Positions 9,495 to 20,000 of a stretch of 20,000 nucleotides of DNA are shown in pieces. The stretch is taken from positions 8,607,116-8,627,115 of the forward strand of contig NC_057753.1 of assembly GCF_004010195.1 (NCBI RefSeq), written 5' to 3'. The number at the start of each line of letters is the position of its first letter. The stretch's first letter is position 1. Below the pieces are notes generated by a model. It did not search any database. It was not told the DNA's origin and saw nothing but the letters and a program-made list of their open reading frames with translations. The stretch comes from Chiloscyllium plagiosum. Lineage: Eukaryota. A program made the translations under genes and the position numbers.

Positions 9495-9985
9495 AACAAA
9501 AACTTCCAGCTCGGCGAACAGAACCACAGCAACGAGCACCCGAGCTCCAAATCTTCTCACAAACTTTGAACAATAAAACTCCAACAAAAATCAGCATCGC
9601 TGCTGTGGAAGATGCACCTACATTATAATAACACTGGAAATGGCCTCTGCATTATCCAACTCCACACAATTCCAATAATTCAAAACTTGCATAAGATAAT
9701 TACTTAATTAAAAAGAACTGGTCGTCATGTTTAATAAGTAACATGCTGCGACAAGCTATCAGCATCATGTTATCGAATGAGAATTATAACTTAATGTGTA
9801 TTAATAGTAAAATATTTTGATGTAAATTACAGTACTAATTAAGAAACCATAATCTCGAGATGCTTTCCATGTGAAAGCCTTACTCACATTTGAAGTTTTC
9901 AACATTATTGGCACACACGCAATTTCGGGATTTAAAAAAAAATCTATTTCTATTCATTGCAATGTCTTTGTTACCCTGCCAATTT

Positions 9986-10536
9986 AAGAACAAAGAACAA
10001 AGAAAATTTACAGCCCAGGAACATGCCCTTCGTCCCTTCATGCCTGAGCCGATCCAAATGTACTGTCGAAACCTGTCGGTCAATTCCTAAGAATTTGTAA
10101 CCCCACCTACGCATGCATCTGTCCAGATGCATCTTAAATGCCTCTTCCACCTCTGCCTGCAAAGGGTTCCAAACGCCCACCACCCTCTGTGTGAAGTATT
10201 TGCCCCCCCCCCCCCCCCCGCCCCCTTTAACTTTTCACTTCTCACCTTGAAAGCAAAACCTCTGGTTATGGAATCCTTTACTCTGCGAAAAAGCTTGTCT
10301 CTATCCACCCTGTCTATACCCTTCCTGATTTTGTAAACCTCGGTCAGCCCCCCCCTCAATCTCGTTTTTTCTAGTGAAAATAAACCTAAGCTACTCAACC
10401 TGTCTTCATAGCTAGCACCTTCCATACCAGCTAATATCCTCGTAGACCTTCTCTGCACCTTTTCCAAAGCGTCCACTTCATTTTGGTAATGTGGCGACCA
10501 GAACTGTAAACAATAATCTAAATGCGGCCGAACCAT
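9986..10536 (-). mobile_element. CR1/HER1-type LINE 3' end, same subfamily as 3696-4136
   Basis: Reads VRPHLDYCLQFWSPHY...YEDRLSSLGLFSLEK...GIDRVDRDKLF. Tail appears as aagaacaaagaacaaagaaaatttacagc on the plus strand. Confidence 0.95.
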
Positions 10537-11554
10537 GTATTTTTACTTTCTTATTTTCCAAATATAGGGAATAGGTACGTTACAATAATAAAGTCATTTA
10601 CGTGACACAGTTAACTTTAAGTTCATTATTTTCCAGCAGCTGATATCTTTGTTTGTATCATCCAGCCACGTTGAAAGTCGTATTTTTAATTGATCTAGAA
10701 ATAAAGTCCACAGTATGGTTGCACTTCATCTGCCCTCACAGCAATTAAATATTTTTTCATGCACTGGCTGACATGCATGTATTCATAGTTGTGCAATTTC
10801 AGTTATGTCAGTCACGCTTTAATCTCTTAGTCTTAGATTTATCACTTTAAACCCACACTCTAAGACCTTAATGAATGGTGCAAATATCCCTGGCTGATGT
10901 TTTAAGTCTGTGGGATTTGTGGCATTCTTTCTTCCATGCTTGCATACTTCATGTTTAAAGAAGGACGATGTCTTCTGGGTAGCATGGAGATTCTAGAATT
11001 TTAACCCATGTCACAATTGTTCTACAAGTGAGTTAAAGGCTGCCAGGCTACTCACAGGACATGGTACATAAATATTGATCACTCAGTCAGACAAGATGAA
11101 ATAGCTCAGCTACATTAAGCACCCGATGAGAAGGTTACATCCGAAAAATGGCTTCAAAATCTCAGTTCTGTTCTTTGTCATATTGATGAAAACGTTTTGT
11201 ATTTGTTTGCACCATTGTTAACATCTTCTTTATTTGACTCTGAAAGGAATGAAAATAAATCTATGTTGTTACCTTATTAAAATGTTGATCATTTTAAAAG
11301 AAAATTTGCAAATATGTTAAAATCCATCAAATCAAATATATATTGTGCTATCATTTCTATTTGTCCCATCAGTTGGCTTTCTTCTTCCATCCTTTCTAAC
11401 TTAAATGATCAGTTTTAGCTGAAACTTCAACAAATGTCAATATTTGTTTACTTAAGTATGGCAATTGAACAAGTGCTAAAACATTAAATAACGTATTTCA
11501 TTTCGCTCTCTCTCCCAAACCCATCTTTGTCTCTGTATTCACTCCTCTTGACAG

Positions 11555-12468
11555 TTAACTTTCTGGCAATTGTTATCCTAGTACGACGAAGGTGTGGTTT
11601 GTCAAATTGTGTTACACTATACCTGGTGTCAATGGCAGCAACAGACCTCCTGGTCATTATCACTTCCGTGATCATCAGCCGTCTCAGTGAGATTTATTTC
11701 CCAGGTAGTTTTTTGACCATTACACCAGTGTGTAGTCTCAGCATTACACTAACTTATATAGCACGAGTCTCTTCTGTCTGGTTAACAGTTAGTTTCACTT
11801 TTGATCGATTCATGTCAATTTGTTATCAAAACCTGAAAGTGAAATATTGCACTGAGAAAACGGCAACTGTGGTTATTGCAACAGTCTGTGTGGCAAGCTG
11901 TTTCGCAAATATCCCTTGGTACTTCATACACGAACCAGTTTACACAATTGACAACGTGCCATGGTATTGTAGAGTGAAGGATATTCGTTACACATCCCCG
12001 CTGTGGACAGCATTTGATTGGCTCGACAGTATTTTGACTCCATGTGCTCCATTTCTCTTCATATTCTTGTTGAATTCTCTGACTGTCAAATATATCCTAG
12101 CAGCCAATAATGCCAGAAGGAGAGTCCGGATGCAGAGGGATGGCGAGATTCAGAGTGATCCAGAGATTGAGAATCGGAGAAAGTCCATAGTTTTACTCTT
12201 CACCATCTCAGGTAGCTTCCTGGTTTTATGGGTGACATATGTTGTCCAGTTCCTACGTGTACGTATCACAAATGATTACAGCATCAAAAGCTTCAGTGAC
12301 CCCAAATTTATTCTCCAAGAAACTGGAAATATGCTGCAACTCCTTAGTTCCTGCAACAACACATTTATTTATGCAGCTACACAGAAGAAATTTAGAACTG
12401 AGTTGAAAACTTTAATCTTGCACCCCATCAATGTAATTTCTAAATCAATTACAAAACAAACACAGTAA
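11555..12468 (+). CDS. Exon 2 of GPR139/GPR142-like class A orphan GPCR (end of TM1 to TM7 and C-tail); spliced product 327 aa
   Basis: Pyrimidine tract followed by ttgacAG|ttaac acceptor. Motifs: TM1 N, TM2 MAATDLL, TM3 C and TFDRF, ECL2 C, TM5 P, TM6 FLVLW, TM7 NTFIY, helix-8 KKFR. The joined CDS is 70+914=984 nt and open throughout. Confidence 0.95.
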
Positions 12469-12474
12469 AACTCT

Positions 12475-12545
12475 TGTTGTGCAGTGGTAGTATTGCTACC
12501 TCCGAACCAGAACGCAGGGGGTTTATGTTCTACCAGCTTCAGAGT
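12475..12545 (+). mobile_element. Degraded tRNA-derived SINE head
   Basis: A-box-like tgttgtgcagtggt and B-box-like gggtttatgttct at tRNA-like spacing. Confidence 0.55.
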
Positions 12546-12573
12546 AGGTATGATGAAAAAACAGCCTGCATAC

Positions 12574-13277
12574 AGTCATAGACTTATCGTGATATACAGC
12601 TCCGAATCAAACCCTTCTGTCCAACTCCTCCATGTCAGCAGATATCCTAAATTGATCTAGTCCCATTTGGTTGCATTTGGCCCATAACCTTTTGAATGTT
12701 TCCAATTCATATACCCATCCAGAGGCCTTTTAAAGTTTGTAATTATACCAGACTACACCCGTTGCTCTGGCAACTCATTCCATACATGCACCAAACTCTG
12801 TGTGACAAAAGTGTCACTCAGATCCCTTTCAAATCACCCTCCTCTCACCTTAAACCTATGCCCTCTAGTACTGGACTTCCCCACACTGGGGAAAGACTTT
12901 CTCTATTTACCCTATCTATGCCCTTCATGGTTTTGTAAACGTCTATAAGGTCACCGCAGAGCCTTATACACTACAGGAAAAATACCCCAGCGTATTCAGT
13001 CTCACTCTATAACTGAACACTCTGATTCCTGAACACTTTGAAGTTTCACAACGTTCTTCTGTAGCAGAGAAACCAGAATTTCACGCATTATTCCAAGAGT
13101 GGCTTAAGTAATGTCCTGTACTATAGCACCGTGCCTGAAACGTCGATTTTCCTGCTCCTCGGATGCTTTCTGACCTACTGTGCTTTTCCAGCACCACATA
13201 CTCGACTCTAATCTTCAGCATCTGCACTCCTCAATTTCGCCTAGCAACATGTCTATCGACTCCTGTAGTGAATGCAC
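12574..13277 (-). mobile_element. CR1/HER1-type LINE 3' fragment (older), interrupted at ~13130-13241
   Basis: Tail reverse is agtcatagacttat. Body includes ctcaccttaaacctatgccctctagt, ctatctatgcccttcatggttttgtaaac and accagaatttcacgcattattccaag. Confidence 0.9.
13130..13241 (+). mobile_element. Short Penelope/MER6-like non-autonomous repeat nested in CR1
   Basis: Sequence gaaacgtcgattttcctgctcctcggatgct...ctgtgcttttccagca...cagcatctgca. The CR1 sequence resumes afterwards, and tagca occurs on both sides. Confidence 0.7.
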
Positions 13278-13420
13278 AGTGTTTAATAAATGTTTAAAAA
13301 AATATATTTTCAGTGTGCATTTTAACTGACAGTATTAGGATTTTCAAACGACTCAGGGAAATGAAATCGTCGATTTATTTGCATGAAAATAGATGAAAGG
13401 CAGGCGGCAGCAATATAAAA

Positions 13421-13576
13421 TCAGAATCCAAAGGTGTGCAGGTTAGGTGGTCTGGCTATGGAAAATACAGAATTACAGGTATACGGTAGAGACTGAATCT
13501 GAATGAGTTGATTTTCTGAGGGTCAGTGTTGACTGGAATGGCCTGCTTCTACACAGTAGGAATTCATTGATTCTAT
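13421..13576 (+). mobile_element. HE1-type SINE, 3' half
   Basis: ccaaaggtgtgcaggttaggtgg...gagggtcagtgttgac...aatggcctgcttctacacagtagg...gattctat, with a CR1-shared tail. Confidence 0.8.
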
Positions 13577-14454
13577 CATCAATTTAGTTAAATGAAAATA
13601 GGTGAAAGTCATGCAGCAGCTATATTTAAAACGCACACACACAAATCCAACAGATGACACACAAATGTACTGGTCATAAAAAAACAAAATAGAACCAAAT
13701 ATGCAATTTCACTTTTACAAGGTCCCAATACATTTACATTTGGCATATCTTCATATAGCTTAAATAACGCATTTGAAGGTTTTCAGTGACCTGTGCTAAT
13801 TTGCCACGTGATACTGCATACCCCTTGATTTATGCCCTCTACAGTCGTGTGTAATGCCGTCAATCTAAAACACCTACACATGTTGTATCTGGTATTCTGA
13901 TTAGGTGAACTCCTTACATGTTCATCATGTGGTGCCATTAGCATGATTTTGGCATGTTCCTCAGCACCTCATTGTGGATCCACCCCAATAATGTGTCAAA
14001 TGATACCCACTGTCTCCTGTCACGTGATCTGACTGGAACACAGGTGTGCTCCTTTTTCCACTTCTACGTCCTATGATTTCCATTGCTGCATTACATCACA
14101 AGAGACTCAGCACGTCACATCGCCCTTGCCTAGACATATGTTTCTGGGTTACCAGCCTAATTTCACTCAGAAAATTCCAGTGGCAGTGGAGTTAAATATA
14201 ATGTTTTATGATCACTTATGGATGCGCTGCTAAGATTAAAAAAGAAACTTCTAAGACAAAAACAGTGTGTGGCATATTAGGAGAGACTCATTACCAAATT
14301 TATTCAGAAATGTATGATCGTGAGTGGATTTGATTGAGCTTGTCCCAAGGGATACTTCCATTGCAGCAAAGTGTAGAGCAAGGCGACGCTGTTTGAAAGT
14401 CAGGTATCTCCCATGTTGAGGGGTGTGTAGGTTAAGATACTATATTTTACATTA

Positions 14455-14529
14455 GGATTAAATCTCGCCACAACATCGTGGGCCAAAGGGTCTGTTCTGT
14501 GCTATACTTTTCTATGTTCTATGTTCTGT
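14455..14529 (+). mobile_element. CR1/HER1 3' tail fragment
   Basis: cacaacatcgtgggccaaagggtctgttctgtgctatacttttctatgttctatgttct closely matches the tail at 826-884. Confidence 0.85.
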
Positions 14530-14699
14530 AAGAAGAGGTGCTGTTGGTCGTAAAATGGAAAAGAGTAGATGAATCTCTGAGTCTGATCACATGTCTCCCA
14601 GTACATTGTGGGAAGCTACAAAACAAAATCAGGGCCCCGAGCAGCAGTATTTGAATCAGCAACAGCCACAGGTGATTTGCCATAAAACTAGATGATGCG

Positions 14700-16140
14700 T
14701 GATTGTGTGCCATTGTTTAAGAAAAGCTGCAAGGAAAAGCCAGGGAACAACAGATCTGAGGTCGTGACGTCAGTGGAGGTTAAATTGATGTAGCAAATTC
14801 TGAGAGTCATGATCTACATGCATTTGGAAATGCAGGGAGATTTTAAGAATAATCAGCATGGTTTTGCGCGATTGAATCATATCTCACGGTGAACGTGTAT
14901 TTTTTTTTTCCTTTAAGGGGTGACCAACAAGATAATGAAGGCAGAACGGTACACGCTGTCAACGTGAACTTTAGCAAAGCCTTCTCCAAGGTTCAGCACA
15001 GTTGAATAGTCAGCCAAGTTAGATCACATGGGATCCTGAGACATCTAGCCAATCTGATACAAAAAAGGCTTGACAGTGAGAGACAGAGGGCGGTGTTAGA
15101 GGGTTGTTGTTCGGGCTGGAGGCCTGTGATCAATGCGGTGCCACACGGATCGATGTTGTGTCGATTTTTGTTTGATACTTATGTAAACGATTTAAATGAG
15201 AACTTCGAGGAATGGTTCATAAGTTTACAGATGATATCAAAATTGTCGATATAGTGTTCCGGAAACCAGATTTATTAAGGTTACAACGAGATATTAATCT
15301 CCTGGCTTCGGCCGAAAAAAGGCAAATGGCATTTCATTTAGATAAATGTGAGTTGTTGCATGTTAGTAAGACAAACCAAGGCAGACTTACACATTTAGTG
15401 GTAGGATCCTGGGAGTGTGGCCGAACCGAGAGACCTACGACTACAAGTAGTTATTTCCTTGAAATTAACATCACAGGAACACATGATGGTGAAGAAAGTG
15501 GTTGGCGTGTTTGCCTTCATTGGCAGAACCCTGAGTACAGGATTTGAGATGTCATATTGTGGCTGAACAAGACATCGGTGAGGCCACTTTAAAAGTATTG
15601 CAAACAATTCTTGTCGCCCTAATATGGGAAGGATGTTATTAAACTCCAAAGGGTAAAAACAATATGTTCAAGAATGTTACTGAGACTGGAATGTTTGTGT
15701 TATACATCCTGGCTGGTTGGCTGGGATGTTTTTCCCCGGTGAAAAGGAGGTTAAGGGGTGAACCAACGAAAGCTTTATAAACCATAAGAGGCAAGGTAAG
15801 GTGAAAAGCCAACGCCTTTCGCAATGATAGAGTAGTTAAAAACCCGAGCGCATATGTTTAAGGTGAATGGGGAAAAATTTAAAAGGGACCTGAGTGGCAA
15901 CTTCTCACTTGTTCACAGACAACTAGGAATGGGCAAAACATTCTGGCCAGCCAGCGACGCCAACACTCACAAATGAATGAAACTATGCATTTAAAAACAT
16001 TTGGTCAGGTAGATAACAATGAAAGGTTCATAAGGATATGAATCAAATGCGGGAAATGGGATTTTTCCGTTCTGGAAGTCTGCTTGCCATAGACAAGCTA
16101 TATTAAGTGTGCTGTTTTAATGCTGCATGACTCTATTACG
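14700..16140 (+). mobile_element. Degraded CR1 ORF2 (RT domain to 3' tail) containing a foreign LINE/SINE tail at ~15908-15982
   Basis: Contains PLFKK, NQHGF, FSKAF.KV, VPHGSML, KFTDDIKI and KCELLH, ending in gcatgactcta. The insert reads caactaggaatgggcaaaacattctggccagccagcgacgccaac...aatgaatgaa. Confidence 0.88.
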
Positions 16141-19100
16141 TGACACCTCTATAAATGGGATAACGACTGCATGAAAAGCACGTTTTAGCAGGAGAATGCC
16201 TTGGTTACAATGGCGGTGTCATAATGGCAACTTAATTTGTAATCAGAACCAGGACGGAGAGAAATTCAACAAAATGTCAAATAACAGTGGACACAACATT
16301 GATCAATTAGTTGAAACTATATTGTACCCCACAAAATCAAACATTGGCGTGTAGATTCAATGCAAAACTTTGTGATGAAAGCCACAGCAAAATAACGAAC
16401 ACCATTCGCTTACTGAAAAAATGGGGACAGCACACATTGATTACGACTGTTTATGCAATTCATTCAGGCAGAGACAGTTCTAACATAAAGCACATGTGAT
16501 AGCCTTTACATAACAAGAAGGCTCGCTGTGAAAAACGACCAGCATAGATGGTGGGGCTAGAATTCAAGTCTGTATTGATAATGGAGACTGAATCCAGCGC
16601 ATGAGACCACTTGCGCACTATCCTGCCACATTTCCTCTGAAATACAATTTTCTCTGGCATTACTGTGGCAACACAAAATAAGTGAAGGCGCAGGAAAATA
16701 CTTTATGGATCCCATCCTGCTCAACTTCATTTGCTGTTTATATATGCCCACCCACAACATTAAGTTCCCACCAGATTCGAATAGCCATTCAATCAAAACA
16801 AAAATCAATGGATGTAGGTTCGCTCGCTGAGCTGCAAAGTACATTTTCAGACGTTTCATCACCATAATGGGTAACATTTTCAGTGAGGTTTCTAACATAT
16901 AACCCAAACACATAAATAGACAGCAGGAGTCATCAGCAATGCTTCTCCCAGAGGATCACTGAATATCTTAACTAGTGTGGTGATGAAACGTCTGAAAATG
17001 AACCTCCCAGCTCAGCGAGCAAACCTACATCCAGAACGTCAACATGAGCTACAAATCTTCTCAAAACTCGATAACAAAAATCAATGGCAAACCAAACGCA
17101 CCTTTTGCGACATGCTGAGCAATAAATGCAGTGTGTCTTTGAGAAAATACTTTCCATTAAGCTTCGATAAAGATAATATGAACCGCTTAAAGTATCAAGA
17201 ATTTAGATTTTCAGTTATTTGGCCCAATGTTCGAAACGGAGCAATCTTCACACATAAACGTTCATTACTAGCACCGGTCTACAGAGAAAATTCACTAAGC
17301 CGAGTGAGCCATGTAGAAGATGATGCCGTGCAGCTTAGTTCCAGTAATTACATCTGTTTTGCAGAATAAGTGGTCAAGGAAAACGTCCTCCATCTGAAAA
17401 GGCGAGCAGTTTTACAATAGAGAACGACAAATCACACTGTGAAACTGTTATGACGTCAGCAAAGATACCAGCCGCCTTTTCTCATTTCCTTTCACTTTTC
17501 TTAAATTTCTCCTAAACCGTGCATGTCTCTTGACAGCTTTCTGTAGTTGAAGAAGTGGAAATGTCACATGGCTGCAAACTGAGTTTGAAACAGATCTGAA
17601 AAATGAAGGATAGCGACTCATTTGAGTATACTAAATTCCACATTGTTTTTTCAGATATTCACAAATCACAGCTTCTTAGCATATTAACCAAAGGTGATCA
17701 GATATATCAATGAGGTATTATGCAGTTGATCTTTCTTCGAGATGTGAAAATCTCTGGCGTCTGAGCCAGACACCTTTCTCTTGTTGCTGACTGAAATACA
17801 GATAGGTTATATAAAACAAGATTGATTCGATGAACTATTCAGCTCATCTGCGCCTGTAAATCCATTTCTTTTGTTGACAGATTGAACTGCTCAGGACCCG
17901 GAGCTTTCAAATACGGTAATATTACGCTGTGGAAATGCGATGATGATTGAAATCTTGTGATTTACATTTATACTTCTTAAAGTCATGGCGAAAAACAATT
18001 AAATTAAGTCTGCTAGGGTTTGCTTTGCGGTAACATTTAACAGAGAGTGTAGGTCAGGAATCAGATGTCCACTGTGACACCAGCAATTCAGGCGCATTCT
18101 GCTCCCTGTTTGGAACCAGAGTCCTTTCAATTATGGATTAAATGCAATGACCATTATAGCAGACCACTACATGAGCTGCTTTTTTACAAGTTATGATCTG
18201 AGCAGTTCAACTCGTTTGATAATCAGAATTGAGACAGAGAACGGTACACATAACAAATAATTGGACTTTTTCTTCGTCATGTAACAGCAAATATTGCCTT
18301 GGATATTTGCTGAAGACTTGGTGAAGTGAACAGCAGTGAAATAACAAATTCCAGACAGTTTTATCAAAACAACGCGGAATAACACACCTTGCCTGCATTT
18401 TAAGGCAGTATCACCGATTCTGCGCGGTCCTGGACGAGACTTTCAAGTATGTGCGTCGACAGTCACATATCCTACATAACTGAATGCATTGAAACAGTGG
18501 ACTCACAGAGCTTCCAAGAACTGAAATCTGTGTTGACGGCTCAGAATTTTCTCTTACGACATATAAGTTTCAATGCTTCGACCAGAGGCCGAAAATATTA
18601 TACAAAGCAGTGAAAGCTTGTGTAGTTCATGTTTTACTTAATGCAGCAGAATGAACTATGTCAGATAACCCATATTTTTGCTTTGCCTTATGCCGTGTAT
18701 TGTGTTTTGTTTTGCACAAGGCATTACAGGATTGTGATGAGGAATTCGTTTTGTGGTTCAGGAATCGCCGATCACCTAATGGAGTTATGGAGCAGGATCT
18801 CAGCTCCAGCACGGTTCATACTCTCATCTGTTCGGCTTGAATTCCAGTGATGGCAATTGTACAATACTTCAAATATGCAACTGCAGGTGTGAGAGCGTGT
18901 TATAAAACCGCTGGATTCAAGTTCAGGTCTCTGTGGAGGTGTGTGCCCAAGTCCCAACTCTGCCAAATATGTTCACAGGTTATGCGTTCGGGGACTTCGT
19001 TTTCTGCATTGTGTCTAAAACTTCAGCTTCCTGTTAACGCGCGAAACATTACGAAAGTATACGTGCGAATTTAAAGGCACGTCATGCAGTTCATGAACTT

Positions 19101-19235
19101 TTCACTCCATTTTACCAATTTCTCTCCCACCAAGGCCAGATAAGTGCCCAGTTGTAAGCCACGAGCAATCAATTGCGGGTCATGAGAGAGAGCACACGTT
19201 GTCATTCTAGATTGGAATCAAGACGCCATTTTGAC
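16141..19235 (+). mobile_element. Ancient, nearly full-length RTE-clade LINE (APE+RT), interrupted by a Penelope-like insertion
   Basis: Colinear weak motifs: HTLITTVYA ~16430 (cf. ATxISAYAP), YKAV...VLLNAAE ~18600 (cf. YRAVVLSTLLYGSE), PNGVME..VHTLI ~18775, VPKSQL ~18943, and CP...HEREH ~19145-19196 (terminal Zn finger-like). Confidence 0.6.
16810..17070. mobile_element. Short Penelope-like pLTR element with 77-bp inverted arms and 13-15 bp TSD
   Basis: 16810-16886 is inverted against 16956-17032. The 3' end gagctacaaatcttctcaaaact matches the 9542-9565 end. AACAAAAATCAAT(GG) occurs at 16797 and 17073. Confidence 0.88.
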
Positions 19236-19712
19236 AAGTGATATTGGTCTGTTACATTTAAAGGCTGAAAAGGAAAGTTGTTATTGCTGCACACAATCAC
19301 AACGTAAAACTAAAAGCCAGATGAGGTGAATAGTTGGGGACAGTGATAATGTTTTCAGTATATCAGACAGCTCGTCCTCATTGACACGCGTAGAAGAATA
19401 CACAGTTACAAGTGCATCACGATTCACAAACAGGTAAAAACTGCAGAGGACATTAATGCAATTATTTAGTCCGTCAGACAATATCACAAATTTTGTCAAA
19501 CGTCCATGAGAAATTTCAGGTCTCTGGAATTCTTCCAGCAACCGAGCAAGCACTTGCTTAATTAAAGTAACTGGAGTAATGGTCGCAGTCAGAACGAGCT
19601 GAAGCTCCGCACAGTTGCCCTAAAAGATTTCTCATCGAGTACCTTGGCCACGACTATACATTTCAGTCTATGTTGTCTCTTCCATTGGATTTCACATTCA
19701 AATATCACTGCT

Positions 19713-20000
19713 ACATAGAACATAGAACATAGAAGAATACAGCGCAGTACAGGCCCTTCGGACCTCGATGTTGCGCCGATCCAAGCCCACCTAACCTACA
19801 CTAGCCCACTATACTCCATATGCCTATCCAATGCCCGCTTAAATGCACATAATGAGGGAGAGTCCACCACTGCTACTGGCAGGGCATTCCACGAACTCAC
19901 GACTCGCTGAGTAAAGAACATACCCGTACCATCTGTCCTATACCTACCCCCCCCCCCTTAATTTAAAGCTATGCCCCCTCATAATAGCTGACTCCATACG
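19713..20000 (-). mobile_element. Young CR1/HER1-type LINE 3' end, running off the window
   Basis: (CATAGAA)3 tail then tacagcgcagtacaggcccttcgg. The minus strand reads FFTQRVVSSWNALPVAVV. CpG-rich. Confidence 0.95.

Larger units (their letters stand above)
8781..9570. mobile_element. Penelope-like element (GIY-YIG C-terminus plus pLTR) as an inverted duplication, with 12-bp TSD CAATAAAACTCC
   Basis: Arms 8782-9136 and 9165-9519 are reverse complements (355 bp, 8 mismatches, no gaps). They encode HEFDWDNTTIVGQAKQRAAREFLEAWHS. TSD copies are at 8769-8780 and 9571-9582. Confidence 0.93.

Noticed and set aside
8752..9628. Several mirrored ORFs as genes
   Set aside because: They are sense and antisense readings of the duplicated Penelope fragment.
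3696..10536. Inverted pair of same-subfamily CR1 copies as the ends of one large element
   Set aside because: They have different 5' truncation points and indels and no shared TSD. Independent insertions of an abundant family are sufficient.
11527..11554. TTG start of the 313-aa ORF as the true GPCR start
   Set aside because: These bases are the polypyrimidine tract and acceptor. An in-phase upstream exon with ATG completes TM1.
12475..12545. tRNA gene
   Set aside because: The boxes are degenerate and no cloverleaf forms, so it fits a SINE head.
18600..19235. Relatively stop-poor minus-strand frame suggesting an endogenous virus
   Set aside because: It has several stops and no recognisable motifs, and the plus strand is better explained by RTE ORF remnants.

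Overview
Repeat-dense vertebrate genomic DNA, very probably from a cartilaginous fish (HER1/CR1-type LINEs with (TGTTCTA)n or (TTCTTTG)n tails and an HE1-type SINE). It contains one intact host gene: a two-exon, 327-aa class A GPCR of the GPR139/GPR142-like group. Exon 1 is 7765-7834 and exon 2 is 11555-12468; the ORF track shows these as two unrelated ORFs. The rest is mobile DNA: many CR1 fragments, a decayed retrovirus-like pol (RT-RNaseH-IN, minus strand) with two clean internal deletions and a downstream splice acceptor plus TM remnant, a degenerate ~36-37 bp minisatellite, a near-full-length ancient RTE LINE, and two Penelope-like insertions. Each Penelope-like insertion is an inverted repeat flanked by a target-site duplication and carries minimal hammerhead-ribozyme motifs. 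The larger one (355-bp arms, 8 mismatches) lies in the GPCR intron. Family names come from motif recognition, not database searches.
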